Source of the DNA: an uncultured Candidatus Saccharibacteria bacterium
Lineage (GTDB): Bacteria; Patescibacteriota; Saccharimonadia; UBA4664; CAZJNH01
Length of the DNA: 64,000 bases
NCBI GenBank assembly: GCA_964478595.1
Contig: CAYZIN010000003.1
Coordinates: 1,357-65,356 of the forward strand
Direction of reading: 5' to 3'
The position numbers and the translations under genes are program-made. The notes beneath the pieces were generated by a model. The model was not told where the DNA came from. It did not search any database and saw nothing but the letters and a program-made list of their open reading frames with translations. The stretch's first letter is position 1. Each line of letters begins with the position of its first letter. Positions 28,034-38,973 of the stretch are shown here, piece by piece.

Positions 28034-29296
28034 ATGGCAGAGATTCTGCCCGAGATCGAAACATTTGCCAGAATTAAAGTAGTCGGCGTCGGCGGAGGTG
28101 GCGGATCGGCGGTCAACCGCATGATTAAAGCCAAACTGCAGGGTGTCGAATTTGTGGCGGTTAACACCGACGCGCAGGCTCTTCATAATTCTCACGCTCC
28201 GCGCAAGGTTCACATTGGTAAACAAACCACTCGTGGTTTGGGGGCTGGTGCTGACCCAGAAGTTGGTCGCCGAGCAGCCGAGGAAAGCGAAGCTGAAATT
28301 TTTGAGGCGCTAAAGGGCGCCGACATGGTCTTTATGACCGCCGGTGAAGGTGGCGGAACCGGTTCCGGCGCGAGTCCGCTAATTGCTCAGGCAGCTAAAG
28401 AAAGCGGCTCCTTAGTGGTTGCGATTGTGACTCGTCCATTTACGTTTGAGGGTGAACGCCGCAAGCGGGTGGCTGAAAAGGCTATTCAGGAGCTCAAGGA
28501 TAAAACCGACGCGCTTATTACCATTCCAAACGATCGGCTACTGTCGATGATTGACCGCAAAACTTCTTTAATTGACGCTTTTGGTATTGTCGATGATGTC
28601 TTGCGTCAAGGTGTCCAGGGTATTTCCGATTTAATTACCATTCAAGGATTAATCAACCTCGACTTTGCTGACGTGAAGGCGATTATGCAAGGTGCTGGTA
28701 CTGCGTTGATGGGTATTGGGCGAGCCAGCGGCGAGAACCGGGCGATCGAAGCGGCGCAACAGGCTATTGATTCGCCTTTGCTTGAGATTTCTGTTAACGG
28801 CGCCAAGGGTGTGCTGTTTAATGTGACCGGCGGACGCAATATGGGCATGCACGAAATCGACCAAGCCGCCAAAACCATTACCGATGCCGTTGATCCCGAA
28901 GCCAACATTATTTTTGGTGCAGTGCTTGATGAAACTCTGGATGACGAAATTAAAATCACCGTCGTGGCGACCGGATTTGAACCGAAGAAAACGCAACAAC
29001 AGCAGCAACAGCAACCTTACAGCTTTTCTTCTTATGTCTCCGGGACTCGCGGACCTTTCATTAATGAAAGGCCAGCAGAGGTGATTGAAGAAGAGGTGAC
29101 CGAAACCGTGGAGGTGATAGAGCCGGTGGCCAGTATTGAGCCTGAGCCGCTGTTTAATCGCGACATTGAGCCCGAGGCGGAAATAGTTGAACCGGCTAGA
29201 GCCGAGAAGGTTGAGACGGCGGCCGACTGGACCGAAGTCTCTCTCGACGACGATGATTTAGATGTGCCAGCTTTTATAAGAAAGAAGATAGACTAA
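28034..29296 (+). CDS. ftsZ: Cell division protein FtsZ
   Basis: GVGGGG, GGGTGSG, INLDFAD, C-terminal LDVPAFIR. Confidence 0.99.
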   Translation: MAEILPEIETFARIKVVGVGGGGGSAVNRMIKAKLQGVEFVAVNTDAQALHNSHAPRKVHIGKQTTRGLGAGADPEVGRRAAEESEAEIFEALKGADMVFMTAGEGGGTGSGASPLIAQAAKESGSLVVAIVTRPFTFEGERRKRVAEKAIQELKDKTDALITIPNDRLLSMIDRKTSLIDAFGIVDDVLRQGVQGISDLITIQGLINLDFADVKAIMQGAGTALMGIGRASGENRAIEAAQQAIDSPLLEISVNGAKGVLFNVTGGRNMGMHEIDQAAKTITDAVDPEANIIFGAVLDETLDDEIKITVVATGFEPKKTQQQQQQQPYSFSSYVSGTRGPFINERPAEVIEEEVTETVEVIEPVASIEPEPLFNRDIEPEAEIVEPARAEKVETAADWTEVSLDDDDLDVPAFIRKKID

Positions 29297-29317
29297 GCAC
29301 AAAAAGTATTGACACGC

Positions 29318-29366
29318 CCTCTACCATTAGCGTTATGATGTAATTCGCTTACGCTAAATGTAGGGG
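29318..29366. promoter_or_regulatory. Tandem NrdR boxes overlapping the nrdR promoter and SD
   Basis: CCTCTACCATTAGCGT (29318-33) and ACGCTAAATGTAGGGG (29351-66), each with a CTA-N4-TAG core, 33 bp apart. Confidence 0.7.
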
Positions 29367-29373
29367 GTATGTT

Positions 29374-29829
29374 ATTAAGTGTCACGAATGTGACTATCTA
29401 GACTCCAAGGTTATCGAATCGCGGGATGCCGACGGATTGTCGATTCGCCGCCGCCGCCAGTGTTTACGCTGCGGCTTTCGATTTACCACCTACGAACGAG
29501 CAGAGTCAGCCAAACTATCGGTCGTTAAAAAAGATGGGCGACGGGAATTATTTGATCGCGAAAAAGTGTCGGGCGGAATTTATCGGGCTTGTGAGAAACG
29601 GCCGGTGGCAGTGGCTTTAATTGAAGAAGTTGTCGACCAAATCGAGCGGGATTTGAGGGCAAGGGGGGAGGCTGAAATCGTTTCCAGCGAAATCGGTGAG
29701 CTTGTGATGCAAAAATTAATAACGCTAGATGACGTGGCTTACGTTCGATTTGCCAGTGTGTATCGCAGTTTTGCCGACTTGGCCAGTTTTGAGGCGGAGG
29801 TTGCGCGGCTTAAAAACCGGCCGGCTTGA
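29374..29829 (+). CDS. nrdR: Transcriptional repressor NrdR (probable ATT start)
   Basis: KCHEC..DSKVIESR..IRRRRQC..C..RFTTYE; ATP cone; VAYVRFASVY. Confidence 0.96.
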   Translation: MKCHECDYLDSKVIESRDADGLSIRRRRQCLRCGFRFTTYERAESAKLSVVKKDGRRELFDREKVSGGIYRACEKRPVAVALIEEVVDQIERDLRARGEAEIVSSEIGELVMQKLITLDDVAYVRFASVYRSFADLASFEAEVARLKNRPA

Positions 29830-30000
29830 CGTTGACCCCGCACCTTTGACCTTAAAAGGTGCCGGGCTAGCGCCAAAACCGCTAGGGGGACTTTGACAAC
29901 TAGATTCTAGTTTATTTCTTCGAACTGTCTGGGGGGCGGAGCATCTGTGAGGGTGCAGTTGCTTCGCTGCCTGGACGGTCTACGAAAGAAAGGAACGCAA

Positions 30001-32754
30001 GTGACAGTTACGGAAATCAAGCCGTACGAAGAGCTGAAGGCTCGATTGGCGGAGGAGTTCGAGTTGGAGAAGGCGCGCAAGCCTTCATTCACCGAGAACT
30101 CGCGTACTACCTTCGACCTTCGATACTCAGTGAAGAACGAGGCCGGCGAACTGTCGGAGGATCCCCGCGAGGCGATCTGGCGGGTAAACTCCAACGTCTC
30201 CAGCATCACCCCGCTTTACTCGGGCTACCAAGGAACGACGGAGCCGGCGGAGGTTGATCGCGACACGGTGCCGTTCCCGCTGAAGCAGGCAGTTCGTCAG
30301 TACAACTGGTTGCTGAAGCAGGATCGGGTGCATTGCTCGTTCGAGGAACTGATGACCCACGGGGTCGACCAGTGGATCGAGCGGGCTCATACGTACCAGG
30401 AGATGGCGACGAGTTGGGACCACGTGTTCAATTCGCCGACTTGGACCGGAGCGGGGACTGGCCTGATGCAGTTGGCCGCTTGTTTCGTCCTGCCGATCTC
30501 CGACGACCTCGGCCGCGGCCGCTCGAGCATCTTCGAGACGCTCAAGGTGGCGGCGCTGATCCAGCAGACCGGCGGGGGCAATGGCTTCTCCTTCTCGGCG
30601 CTGCGCCCCAGCGGATCGCTGGTCCGGCGCAGCATGGGCAAGGCGACTGGGCCGATGGGCTTCCTCGAGGTCTACAACGCGGCCTTCGGCGTGATCGCTC
30701 AGGGTGGTTCGCGCCGGGGTGCCAACATGGGTGTGCTGCGAGTCAGCCACCCGGACATCCGGCCGTTCATCCAGTCGAAGGTTGTCGAGGGAGAGATCGG
30801 CAACTTCAACCTGAGCGTGGCGATCGAAGACGCGTTCATGGACGCCGTCGAACGCGACGGCGACTGGGTCTTGCAGTGGAAGCTCAACTCGCCGACGGAC
30901 GATCCGGTTGACTACCAGTTGACCGAGACCATCCGGGCGCGGGAGCTCTACGACGAGATCGTCAAGAACGCTTGGGTGATCGGAGACCCCGGCAACCTGT
31001 TCATCGATCGAGCCAACCGGGACAACCCGGTGCCGAAGCTCTACGTTCTGGAAGCCACCAATCCCTGCGGGGAACAGTGGCTGCCGCCGTATTCGAACTG
31101 CTGCCTCGGCTCGATCGCGGTCGTCAACTTCGTCGAATGGGACGAAGCGCGCGGTTGTTACGTCATGAACTGGGAGCGGCTGCGTCAAACGATCGTCCTG
31201 GCAACCGAAGCGCTCGACGACGTCATCGACGCCAACGCCTACGTTCCGGAAGTTCCGGAGCTGGAGGCGGCGGCGCAGGGCGAGCGGCGAATCGGGTTGG
31301 GCCAGATGGGCCAAGCGGATGCCATGATCAAACTCGGCATTCGTTACGGCGCTGCGGACGGTCTCGACTTCGCCAGCCAGCTGACGGAGTTCGTGCGTTA
31401 CCACAGCATGCTGACGTCGATTCGGCGGGCCAAAGAGCGCGGACCGTTCGAGTGGATCGAAGATTCGATCTACGATCCGAAGTTGCTGCGTGAACTCGGT
31501 CCCGGGGCGGAGATCTCAGGCGAAATGACCGATGGCAGCGGGCGGATGTACTCGTCGCGGCTATGGCAGCCGCCAACGCCGCTGGTCAAACACGAACGCG
31601 ACTTCGGCCGGCCGGACTGCGACTGGATCGTCGTGACCGAAGGCATCATGGAGCACGGCATCCGCAACGCCTGTCAGCTGACCATCGCCCCGACCGGCAC
31701 CATTGGTACTGTGTCGGCGATGGAGGGCTACGGCTGCGAACCGCTGTTCGCGCTGATCTACGAGCGGACGGTGATGCAGGAAGGCAAGGACATCAAGCTC
31801 TACTACCTGTCACCGCTGTTCGTTGAGGCTCTGCAGCGCGCCGGTATCGACGACGCGACGCAGAAGAAGATCCTGGACAAGGTCAAGGAAACGGGGTCGT
31901 GCCAGGGGATCGAAGAGGTGCCGGCCGAGATCCAGAATGTGTTCGTGGTGTCGGCCGATGTGACCGGCGATGAGCACGTTTGGACGCAGGCTGTCATCCA
32001 GCGGTTCGTCGACAACTCGATTTCCAAGACCATCAACCTCCCCAAAGAGGCGACGGTTGAGGACGTGTCGGCTGCCTACAAGCTGGCTTACCAGCTCGGT
32101 TGCAAGGGCATCACGGTTTACCGGCAGGGTAGTCGGGAACGTGAGGTTCTGGCAACGGGCAAGGGCGACCAGACGATCGATCCGGATCACTGGCCGTTCA
32201 TCGAGCCGATGCCGCTGCCCGGCTACGTCGAGACGGTGGGTCTACCGACGCGGACACTGCGGATGCCGACGCCGTTCGGTAAGCTTCACGGGTATCTGAC
32301 GGAGCTGGTCGAACACCCGGGGCGTCCGTTTGACACACGGCTGCAGTTCGGTAAGGCCGGCAACGACAAGGCGGCCGACATCGAAGCCATCGGTCGGTTG
32401 ATCTCGCTGTGCTTCCGGGCGGGAATCAACGTCAAGGATGTGGTTGACCAGCTCGAAGGCATTGGCGGTCAGAGTCAAATCGGGTTCCGCGACCGGAAGG
32501 TGCGGTCTTCGCCCGACGCGATCGCCAAGACCTTGAAGCGGCTTTACATGCCTGAAGAGTGGGCAGCCGACTACGCTCTTGACACCCCAACCAACGGCTC
32601 AGCGCCCACGGTTGTGGCGGAGCCGGCGGCTGTGAGCAAGCCGCGCGGTGATTTGTGCCCGGAGTGCAAGAACTACTCGGTAGTTCACATTCAGGGTTGC
32701 AAGTACTGCAAGCGGGAGCTGGGGGGCTGCGGCAAGCAGCTCAACTGCGACTAG
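30001..32754 (+). CDS. nrdJ: Adenosylcobalamin-dependent class II ribonucleotide reductase with C-terminal TSCPD and zinc ribbon
   Basis: [52 protein letters not shown]; GTG after SD AAAGGA. Confidence 0.93.
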   Translation: MTVTEIKPYEELKARLAEEFELEKARKPSFTENSRTTFDLRYSVKNEAGELSEDPREAIWRVNSNVSSITPLYSGYQGTTEPAEVDRDTVPFPLKQAVRQYNWLLKQDRVHCSFEELMTHGVDQWIERAHTYQEMATSWDHVFNSPTWTGAGTGLMQLAACFVLPISDDLGRGRSSIFETLKVAALIQQTGGGNGFSFSALRPSGSLVRRSMGKATGPMGFLEVYNAAFGVIAQGGSRRGANMGVLRVSHPDIRPFIQSKVVEGEIGNFNLSVAIEDAFMDAVERDGDWVLQWKLNSPTDDPVDYQLTETIRARELYDEIVKNAWVIGDPGNLFIDRANRDNPVPKLYVLEATNPCGEQWLPPYSNCCLGSIAVVNFVEWDEARGCYVMNWERLRQTIVLATEALDDVIDANAYVPEVPELEAAAQGERRIGLGQMGQADAMIKLGIRYGAADGLDFASQLTEFVRYHSMLTSIRRAKERGPFEWIEDSIYDPKLLRELGPGAEISGEMTDGSGRMYSSRLWQPPTPLVKHERDFGRPDCDWIVVTEGIMEHGIRNACQLTIAPTGTIGTVSAMEGYGCEPLFALIYERTVMQEGKDIKLYYLSPLFVEALQRAGIDDATQKKILDKVKETGSCQGIEEVPAEIQNVFVVSADVTGDEHVWTQAVIQRFVDNSISKTINLPKEATVEDVSAAYKLAYQLGCKGITVYRQGSREREVLATGKGDQTIDPDHWPFIEPMPLPGYVETVGLPTRTLRMPTPFGKLHGYLTELVEHPGRPFDTRLQFGKAGNDKAADIEAIGRLISLCFRAGINVKDVVDQLEGIGGQSQIGFRDRKVRSSPDAIAKTLKRLYMPEEWAADYALDTPTNGSAPTVVAEPAAVSKPRGDLCPECKNYSVVHIQGCKYCKRELGGCGKQLNCD

Positions 32755-32791
32755 CAACAACGGTTTGATCGCTTATTTAGTGATCGGACGC

Positions 32792-32828
32792 GAGAGAGGG
32801 TGGGTCCAACCGGACCTGCCCTCTTTTC
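32792..32828 (+). terminator. nrdJ terminator
   Basis: GAGAGGGTGGGTCC...GGACCTGCCCTCTTTT. Confidence 0.75.
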
Positions 32829-32843
32829 GTTTATAATAAGAAT

Positions 32844-33104
32844 ATGACCGCATACGTTTTTTATAGCGCCGACAACGGGCCAGAGGTTCGCAAATGCAAA
32901 GAATTTATCGACCAGTTGACTCGGCAGAAAGTCGACTGCAGCCCCACCGAATTTAATAGCCGGCAAGCAATTGTGCTGCGCGAGACATATGACATTATGG
33001 ATCACCCCGCAGTGGTACTCACACGCTTGGATGGTAGCTTAGTGAATAAGTGGCAAGGTGACTGGCCGCTCGTTTCAGAACTAACTTACTTTGCTCATAT
33101 CTAA
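32844..33104 (+). CDS. Small thioredoxin-fold-like protein without CxxC
   Basis: YDIMDHPAVVLTRLDGS...WQG pattern. Confidence 0.6.
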   Translation: MTAYVFYSADNGPEVRKCKEFIDQLTRQKVDCSPTEFNSRQAIVLRETYDIMDHPAVVLTRLDGSLVNKWQGDWPLVSELTYFAHI

Positions 33105-33125
33105 ATTCTCGATAGAATTAAGAGA

Positions 33126-35957
33126 ATGAAAAAAGCCGCGCGACCAGATTTACCGGCCTTTGAAGCCGAAATGCTAAAGGTCTGGGATGCCGAGAAGGCG
33201 TTCCAAAAGTCCTTGGAGTTACGCAAAAGCGGCAAACGTTTCCGGTTCTTCGACGGCCCGCCCTTTGCCAACGGCGAGCCTCATTACGGCCATATCGAAC
33301 AGGCAGCCATTAAAGATGCCATCGCCCGCTATAAAACCATGCGGGGCTACTACGTGCCCAGACGGCTCGGTTACGACACTCATGGTTTGCCGGTCGAGTT
33401 CGCAGTCGAAAAAGAGCTGGGCTTTAAGAACAAGCAAGACATTATCGATCACGGTGTCGACAAATTTATCGAGGCTTGTCGGGCGGTGGTATTTAAGCAC
33501 CGAGGCGACTTTGAACGGATGCATCACCGGATTGGCCGTTGGGCAGGTTTTGACGACACCTACGCCACACTCGACCAAGATTATATGGAAAGCGTTTGGT
33601 GGGTGTTCGGCGAAATTTATAAGAAAGGCCTGGTTTATCAAGGCTTTAAATCGCTGCCATACTGCCCGCGCTGCGCCACTCCACTTTCCAACTTTGAAAT
33701 GAACGACGGCTATAAAGACGACGTGATGGACCCGAGTTTTTACGTGAAGTTTAAGTTAAGAGACGAAGATGCTTACATGCTCGCTTGGACCACAACGCCC
33801 TGGAGTTTACCGGGTAATGTCGCGTTAGCGGTTCAGGCTGAGGCTGACTACGCCACGGTGGAAGTTAAGGGCCACGGTAGATTGATTTTAGCCAAGGACC
33901 GATTAGAAGTTCTCGATCTCAAAGGCCACGAATTTAATATCGAATCGACCCGCAAGGGCAGGGCTTTAGTCGGGCTACATTACGAGCCGCTGTACGAAGT
34001 TTCCGACGAGCCGAAAGCTTACGCAATTTACGACTCTAAAGAGGTGAGCTTAGAAGATGGAACCGGTATTTTGCACGTTGCGCCGGCGTTTGGTGAAGTA
34101 GACTTAGCCTTTGGGCAAGAACATGGCTTACCAGTCCTTTCAACCCTTGATCCGAACGGCAAAGTGATTGAGGGGCCCGACGAAGCTAAGGGGCGGTTCT
34201 TTAAGGATGCCGACAAACCGATAATTGCCGATTTAACCAAACGGGGACTGGACTTCGCGGCCGAATACGAACCCCACACTTATCCGTTTTGCTGGCGCTG
34301 CGAGACGCCGTTATTTTATTACGCTATCTCAACTTGGTTTGTTGAGGTTACCAAAATCCGCGAACAGTTAGTGGAGGCCGGAAAGGAAACTACTTGGACG
34401 CCGGGCCATGTTAAGACCGGCCGGTTTGTGAAATGGCTGGAGGGAGCTCGAGATTGGGCGATTTCCCGCAACCGGTTTTGGGGGACGCCAATTCCAATTT
34501 GGCGATGCGGCGAAGGCCACGACACCGTACTTAGTAGCGTGGAGCAATTAGAAAAACTCTCGGGCCGATCGGTTAAAGAACTGCACAAACCCTACATCGA
34601 TGAAGTCAAAATTAAATGTGGTGAATGCGGCAAAGAGGCGACCCGTATCGAGGAGGTGTTTGATTGTTGGTTTGAGTCGGGCTCAATGCCGTACGGCCAA
34701 GACCATTATCCGTTTGAGAATAAAGTCGAGTTTGATGCCTCGTTTCCGGCCGACTTTATTGTCGAGGCAATTGAACAGGTCCATCTGTGGTTTTATACCC
34801 TTCACGTTTTGGGCGTAGCGTTGTTTGATAAGCCCGCTTACACCAACGTCGTCGCTACTGGTTTAATTTTGGCAGCTGATGGTCGGAAATTGTCTAAACG
34901 ACTTAAGAACTTCCCACCGGTCGAGGAATTGTTCGAAAAATATGGCGCCGACAGCGTGCGCTTTTTCTTGCTTTCGAGCCCACTCATGTACGCAGAGGCT
35001 ACCCGGCTAGATCAGGACGCTATTCGCGACGTCGAGCGCAATGTTTTTCTGACCCTTTGGAATACCCATAGCTTCCTTACGACTTACGCCGAGATCGACA
35101 AATGGGAACCACCAACGGAAATCGCAGAGCCCAAGAGCGATAACCTCCTCGACCAATGGATTGTTAGTCGGCTTAATCAAACGATCAGTGAGGTTACCAA
35201 ACAAGCCGAGGAGTATCAAATTGCGGCAGCCTTACGGCCAATCCAGGAGTTGATCGACGATTTGTCGAATTGGTATGTCAGACGATCGCGTCGACGGTTT
35301 TGGAAAAGTGAAAGTGACAGCGATAAAAACCAAGCGTACGCCACGCTGCATTTTGTTTTGGCGCAAGTTTGCCAAATAATGGCGCCTTGGTCGCCGTTCG
35401 TAACCGACCAGATTTTTCGCAATCTGACAAATGAAAGTGTGCATTTTTCCAACTGGCCGGAGGCTGGAAGAATCGATGATGCAGTTATTGAACAAATGGA
35501 TTTGGCCCGAAAAATCGTACAAGAAGGTCTGGCTCAACGCGGCGAAGCCAAAATTAAAGTTCGCCAGCCGTTAGCTAAATTGGAGATTATCGACGAGCTG
35601 CCCGAGCCACTACGGGTGATCATCGCCGAAGAGGTGAATGTCAAAGAGGTGATAACGGGAAAAGCCCTCAAGCTTGATACCGAACTGACCGATGAGCTTA
35701 AAGCCGAAGGTTTGGCGCGTGAAGTGATTCGGCACATTCAACAACTCCGCAAAGAGCTCGACCTAAAAGTGGACGACCGCATCAATCTAAGCCTTTCGAC
35801 TAAGGATGGTGAACTTAAGGTTGCAATTAATTCCCACTTAGATCTGATAAAATCCGAGACATTGGCAGCCGAGTTGTCGGACCAAAGCACCGATGGTCCA
35901 AGACCAGTGGCAATCGATGGTAAAGAGCTGGAGGTAGGAGTTGAGCGAGCGAGTTAG
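33126..35957 (+). CDS. ileS: Isoleucine--tRNA ligase, type 2
   Basis: DGPPFANGEPHYGH, WTTTPWSL, DWAISRNRFWGTP, KLSKR, SNWYVRRSRRRFW. Confidence 0.97.
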   Translation: MKKAARPDLPAFEAEMLKVWDAEKAFQKSLELRKSGKRFRFFDGPPFANGEPHYGHIEQAAIKDAIARYKTMRGYYVPRRLGYDTHGLPVEFAVEKELGFKNKQDIIDHGVDKFIEACRAVVFKHRGDFERMHHRIGRWAGFDDTYATLDQDYMESVWWVFGEIYKKGLVYQGFKSLPYCPRCATPLSNFEMNDGYKDDVMDPSFYVKFKLRDEDAYMLAWTTTPWSLPGNVALAVQAEADYATVEVKGHGRLILAKDRLEVLDLKGHEFNIESTRKGRALVGLHYEPLYEVSDEPKAYAIYDSKEVSLEDGTGILHVAPAFGEVDLAFGQEHGLPVLSTLDPNGKVIEGPDEAKGRFFKDADKPIIADLTKRGLDFAAEYEPHTYPFCWRCETPLFYYAISTWFVEVTKIREQLVEAGKETTWTPGHVKTGRFVKWLEGARDWAISRNRFWGTPIPIWRCGEGHDTVLSSVEQLEKLSGRSVKELHKPYIDEVKIKCGECGKEATRIEEVFDCWFESGSMPYGQDHYPFENKVEFDASFPADFIVEAIEQVHLWFYTLHVLGVALFDKPAYTNVVATGLILAADGRKLSKRLKNFPPVEELFEKYGADSVRFFLLSSPLMYAEATRLDQDAIRDVERNVFLTLWNTHSFLTTYAEIDKWEPPTEIAEPKSDNLLDQWIVSRLNQTISEVTKQAEEYQIAAALRPIQELIDDLSNWYVRRSRRRFWKSESDSDKNQAYATLHFVLAQVCQIMAPWSPFVTDQIFRNLTNESVHFSNWPEAGRIDDAVIEQMDLARKIVQEGLAQRGEAKIKVRQPLAKLEIIDELPEPLRVIIAEEVNVKEVITGKALKLDTELTDELKAEGLAREVIRHIQQLRKELDLKVDDRINLSLSTKDGELKVAINSHLDLIKSETLAAELSDQSTDGPRPVAIDGKELEVGVERAS

Positions 35958-36411
35958 TGGTTGCGATGTCTGCCCATTCATAGACAACCCCGACGCATTG
36001 GTGCTTCGCAGCAAGTATTGGATGGTGAATGTAGCGCCGGAGCAGAATTACCTGGGTCGCTGCTACGTCAGTCTGCTTGAGCACAAAGGGGACTTGGCGG
36101 AGCTTTCGAGTGAGGAGTGGCTTGATTTCGCCGCAGTGCTAAAGCAGCTTGAGTTGGCGATTCGCCAGGCCTTTGGGGCTGAGCTGTTTAACTGGGCATG
36201 TTTGATGAATAACGCCTACAAAGTCCATCCTTCCCACCCCCACGTTCACTGGCACGTCCGGCCGCGTTACAGCCTCGTCCATGTCCCTAGCTTTCGGGGC
36301 ACGCAGTATCACGACCAGAAGTTTGGTCACAACTACGACCGCGAGGCCAAGAAGCCGGTTGGACCAGAACTCCAACAAGCCATCGCCACCGAACTCAAGA
36401 AATACGTTTAG
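35941..36411 (+). CDS. HIT family protein
   Basis: CDVC, YLGR, NWACLMN, HVHWH. Confidence 0.85.
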   Translation: MSERVSGCDVCPFIDNPDALVLRSKYWMVNVAPEQNYLGRCYVSLLEHKGDLAELSSEEWLDFAAVLKQLELAIRQAFGAELFNWACLMNNAYKVHPSHPHVHWHVRPRYSLVHVPSFRGTQYHDQKFGHNYDREAKKPVGPELQQAIATELKKYV

Positions 36412-36455
36412 TCCGCAGGGCAAGAAGTCTGCGGGCTTCTTGTATACTGACAAAT

Positions 36456-37565
36456 ATGTTTAACGCGAGGGTTTGGCGAAGTTTCGACTGGTGGTTGTTT
36501 GCGCTAGCCGCCCTTTTAACTTCGATCGGACTTATAGTTTTATATTCACTTGGTTTTAAAGCCGAGGGCGTCAGTGTGCCGGTCGATGCTCGTAATCAGG
36601 TAGCATTCGCGATTTTGGGAGCAGCGTTGTTGGTAGGGACCGCGTTAACAGATTATCGGCTGTGGGCTAAATACAGTCGCTGGTTGTACGGTTTAATGCT
36701 GCTGTTGCTCGGCTGGGTCGCGATCAACGGCCACTCAGCGCTCGGCGCGACTCGCTGGATCAACCTGGGCTTTTTCCAATTTCAGCCTTCGGAGCTGTCG
36801 AAATTAATCGTCATTATCGTATTGGCTAAGTTTTTGGCCGACCACTACGAGGAAATGAACCGAATTAAAAACGTCGCGCTATCGTTGGTTTATGTCCTAA
36901 TTCCAGCGGTTTTGGTATTAATTCAGCCCGACCTTGGTACGGCCATAGTTTACGCGTTTATTTGGACGGTCATGGTTTTGTCTAGCCGAGTCAAATTATC
37001 ACATTTCGCGGCTTTGTTTGCGCTAGCTGGCGCAATGGTACCGGTGGCAATTAAGCTAATGAAGCCCTATCAACGAGCCCGATTGGCGACGTTTTTGCAT
37101 CCAACGGCCGACCCATTGCGCGGCGGCTATAACGTTTTGCAGGCCACCATTGCTGTCGGTAGCGGCCAACTAAGGGGAAGAGGATTGGGCGCCGGTACGC
37201 AAAGCCAGCTGAACTTTTTGCCCTCTCAGCACACCGATTTTATCTTCGCGGTGGTGGGGGAGAAACTCGGTTTTATAGGGGGCATGCTGATAATCATCCT
37301 GTTTGTTTTACTGCTTTTGAGGGCTCTTGCCATTGCCGCCAAAGCCCAAGACCGCTTCGGGATGCTAATCGCTGTTGGGATTGCGACCATGCTTTTGGTG
37401 CATGTATTTATTAATGTCGGAATGAATTTGGGTTTGCTCCCGGTCACCGGAATTCCGCTGCCGTTTGTGTCTTATGGCGGCACCAGTTTAATCGTCGGAC
37501 TGATTGCGATCGGTTTGCTCGAATCAATTGCTATACGCCACAAAAAAATCTCCTTCGGCCGCTAG
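36456..37565 (+). CDS. rodA: Rod shape-determining protein RodA (SEDS)
   Basis: GATRWI, QPSELSK, QPDLGT, HTDFIF, TGIPLPFVSYGGTS. Confidence 0.93.
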   Translation: MFNARVWRSFDWWLFALAALLTSIGLIVLYSLGFKAEGVSVPVDARNQVAFAILGAALLVGTALTDYRLWAKYSRWLYGLMLLLLGWVAINGHSALGATRWINLGFFQFQPSELSKLIVIIVLAKFLADHYEEMNRIKNVALSLVYVLIPAVLVLIQPDLGTAIVYAFIWTVMVLSSRVKLSHFAALFALAGAMVPVAIKLMKPYQRARLATFLHPTADPLRGGYNVLQATIAVGSGQLRGRGLGAGTQSQLNFLPSQHTDFIFAVVGEKLGFIGGMLIIILFVLLLLRALAIAAKAQDRFGMLIAVGIATMLLVHVFINVGMNLGLLPVTGIPLPFVSYGGTSLIVGLIAIGLLESIAIRHKKISFGR

Positions 37566-37630
37566 TATTGCCATAAGCGTTAAATCGGCGTAATATTCTC
37601 GCCATTCGCAGTGGGGCGAAGCACCAAGAC

Positions 37631-38071
37631 ATGGGGGAGAGGATGACTAGGCTAAAGCAGTTTGGGGAAGTGGAGTTTCCGGTATCCCGGGAGGACCTAG
37701 CCAAGATCGCTGTCCAGGCAGGGCTGACTGCAGCCGACGGACGCAGAGTTCATACCATTGCGTACCGGCGCCTGCGCAAACTCAAGTACCAATTGGCGAG
37801 GAAGTCGAAGCCAATTTACGTCTACCTCTATTGCCCGAAGGGGTTTTGTGGTGGGGACGCTTGTGAGCGGATTAATGAGCACCTCATCGATGAGAGCTCG
37901 ATGCAGTGGGTGCCTGATCATCCGTCGCAAGGGCCGGTGATGAGCGCCGTGCTGGCTCAATTCCGTCGCTCGGAAGCTGCTAAACGCGGTTGGGAAACTC
38001 GCCGAAGCGTGAAAGCTCGTCGCTCAATCGCCGCCAAGCGAGGCTGGAAGAAGCGCCGGAGGGCGGCATGA
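37631..38071 (+). CDS. Hypothetical basic protein with duplicated RRSxAAKRGWxxRR motif
   Basis: Promoter TTGCCA-17-TAATAT at 37568-37596; start may be the ATG at 37643. Confidence 0.7.
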   Translation: MGERMTRLKQFGEVEFPVSREDLAKIAVQAGLTAADGRRVHTIAYRRLRKLKYQLARKSKPIYVYLYCPKGFCGGDACERINEHLIDESSMQWVPDHPSQGPVMSAVLAQFRRSEAAKRGWETRRSVKARRSIAAKRGWKKRRRAA

Positions 38072-38361
38072 AGGCACTATTTCCGGTCGACGAAGCCGAA
38101 CAGATGATGACCATCTACGTTTGGCGCTATCAAACGCCGACCGACAGTTCGCTCGATCCGAGCTTTTGGTGGTACCGCGCGCTGCGTCAACTCTGGCACA
38201 GCCGCAAATGGAGTCGCGACTACGAGCGGATCATTAAACGGGCCGTTGAGCGCAACTACGTTGAGTTCAATCGCCCGTTGGTCAAACCCGAGTTGTTCGA
38301 CCTACTGACCGATGAACTCTGGGCAGACCTGGTCGGCTTTTTCGGCCAAGAGGCTGCGTGA
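38068..38361 (+). CDS. Hypothetical Trp-rich protein
   Basis: ATGA overlap with the previous ORF; SD GGAGG. Confidence 0.7.
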   Translation: MKALFPVDEAEQMMTIYVWRYQTPTDSSLDPSFWWYRALRQLWHSRKWSRDYERIIKRAVERNYVEFNRPLVKPELFDLLTDELWADLVGFFGQEAA

Positions 38362-38423
38362 ACACCATTCACGTAGCCTCGTTGTTTACAGATCAAAGTT
38401 GGTCTGGTAACATCCTTTGAGTC

Positions 38424-38729
38424 ATGAAAGCAGTTATACAAACAGGCGGAAAACAGTATCTGGTCGAAAAGGGCCAGACTTTAAACGTGGAATTATTGAA
38501 CACGGCCAAAGACAAGGCCGAGTTTGCGCCGCTTTTAGTAATTGACGGCGACAAAACTCAAATCGGCAAACCGACGGTTGAGGGTGTGAAGGTTAAGGCC
38601 GATGTTTTGGGCGAAGCCAAGGGAGATAAGATTAAAGTAATGAAATTCCGTAATAAAAAGCGGATCAAGAAATTGACCGGCCACCGCCAACGCTACTCCC
38701 AAATCAAAATCACCGCCATCGGCAAGTAA
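38424..38729 (+). CDS. rplU: 50S ribosomal protein L21
   Basis: AVIQTGGKQYLV, IGKP, GHRQ. Confidence 0.97.
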   Translation: MKAVIQTGGKQYLVEKGQTLNVELLNTAKDKAEFAPLLVIDGDKTQIGKPTVEGVKVKADVLGEAKGDKIKVMKFRNKKRIKKLTGHRQRYSQIKITAIGK

Positions 38730-38973
38730 CACTGTCCGCAAATCAGCGCCTTGAAAAGGCGCTTTTGGTTTGCTAAGATTCTGGCCTGTTCTGCTGAAAC
38801 TTGATAGCTGAATTGGTTTGAGTTGACTAAGTTGGCGGATACCTTGAATCGTCATCGCCTCGCAGGAGGTGTGTGACGTTTGTAGGGCAGCGCCCGCTGG
38901 GGGCGGATTTGGCGAATAATCATCGTGGCCATCGCGGTGGTTACATTCGACCCAGTCTCTGTGGAGGACAACG

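Noticed and set aside
28993-29014. CAA/CAG repeat giving poly-Gln in FtsZ
   Set aside because: Short in-frame low-complexity tract in the variable linker; no sign of phase variation
29898-29912. Palindrome AACTAGATTCTAGTT as an NrdR box
   Set aside because: CTA-N5-TAG spacing is one base longer than the NrdR core
29830-30000. Cobalamin riboswitch upstream of nrdJ
   Set aside because: No recognisable B12 box or GGGAA/GCCACTG core
30127-31404. 425-aa antisense ORF and other long alternative ORFs inside nrdJ and the GH1 gene
   Set aside because: Shadow ORFs expected from GC-rich codon bias; they overlap well-supported genes and lack motifs
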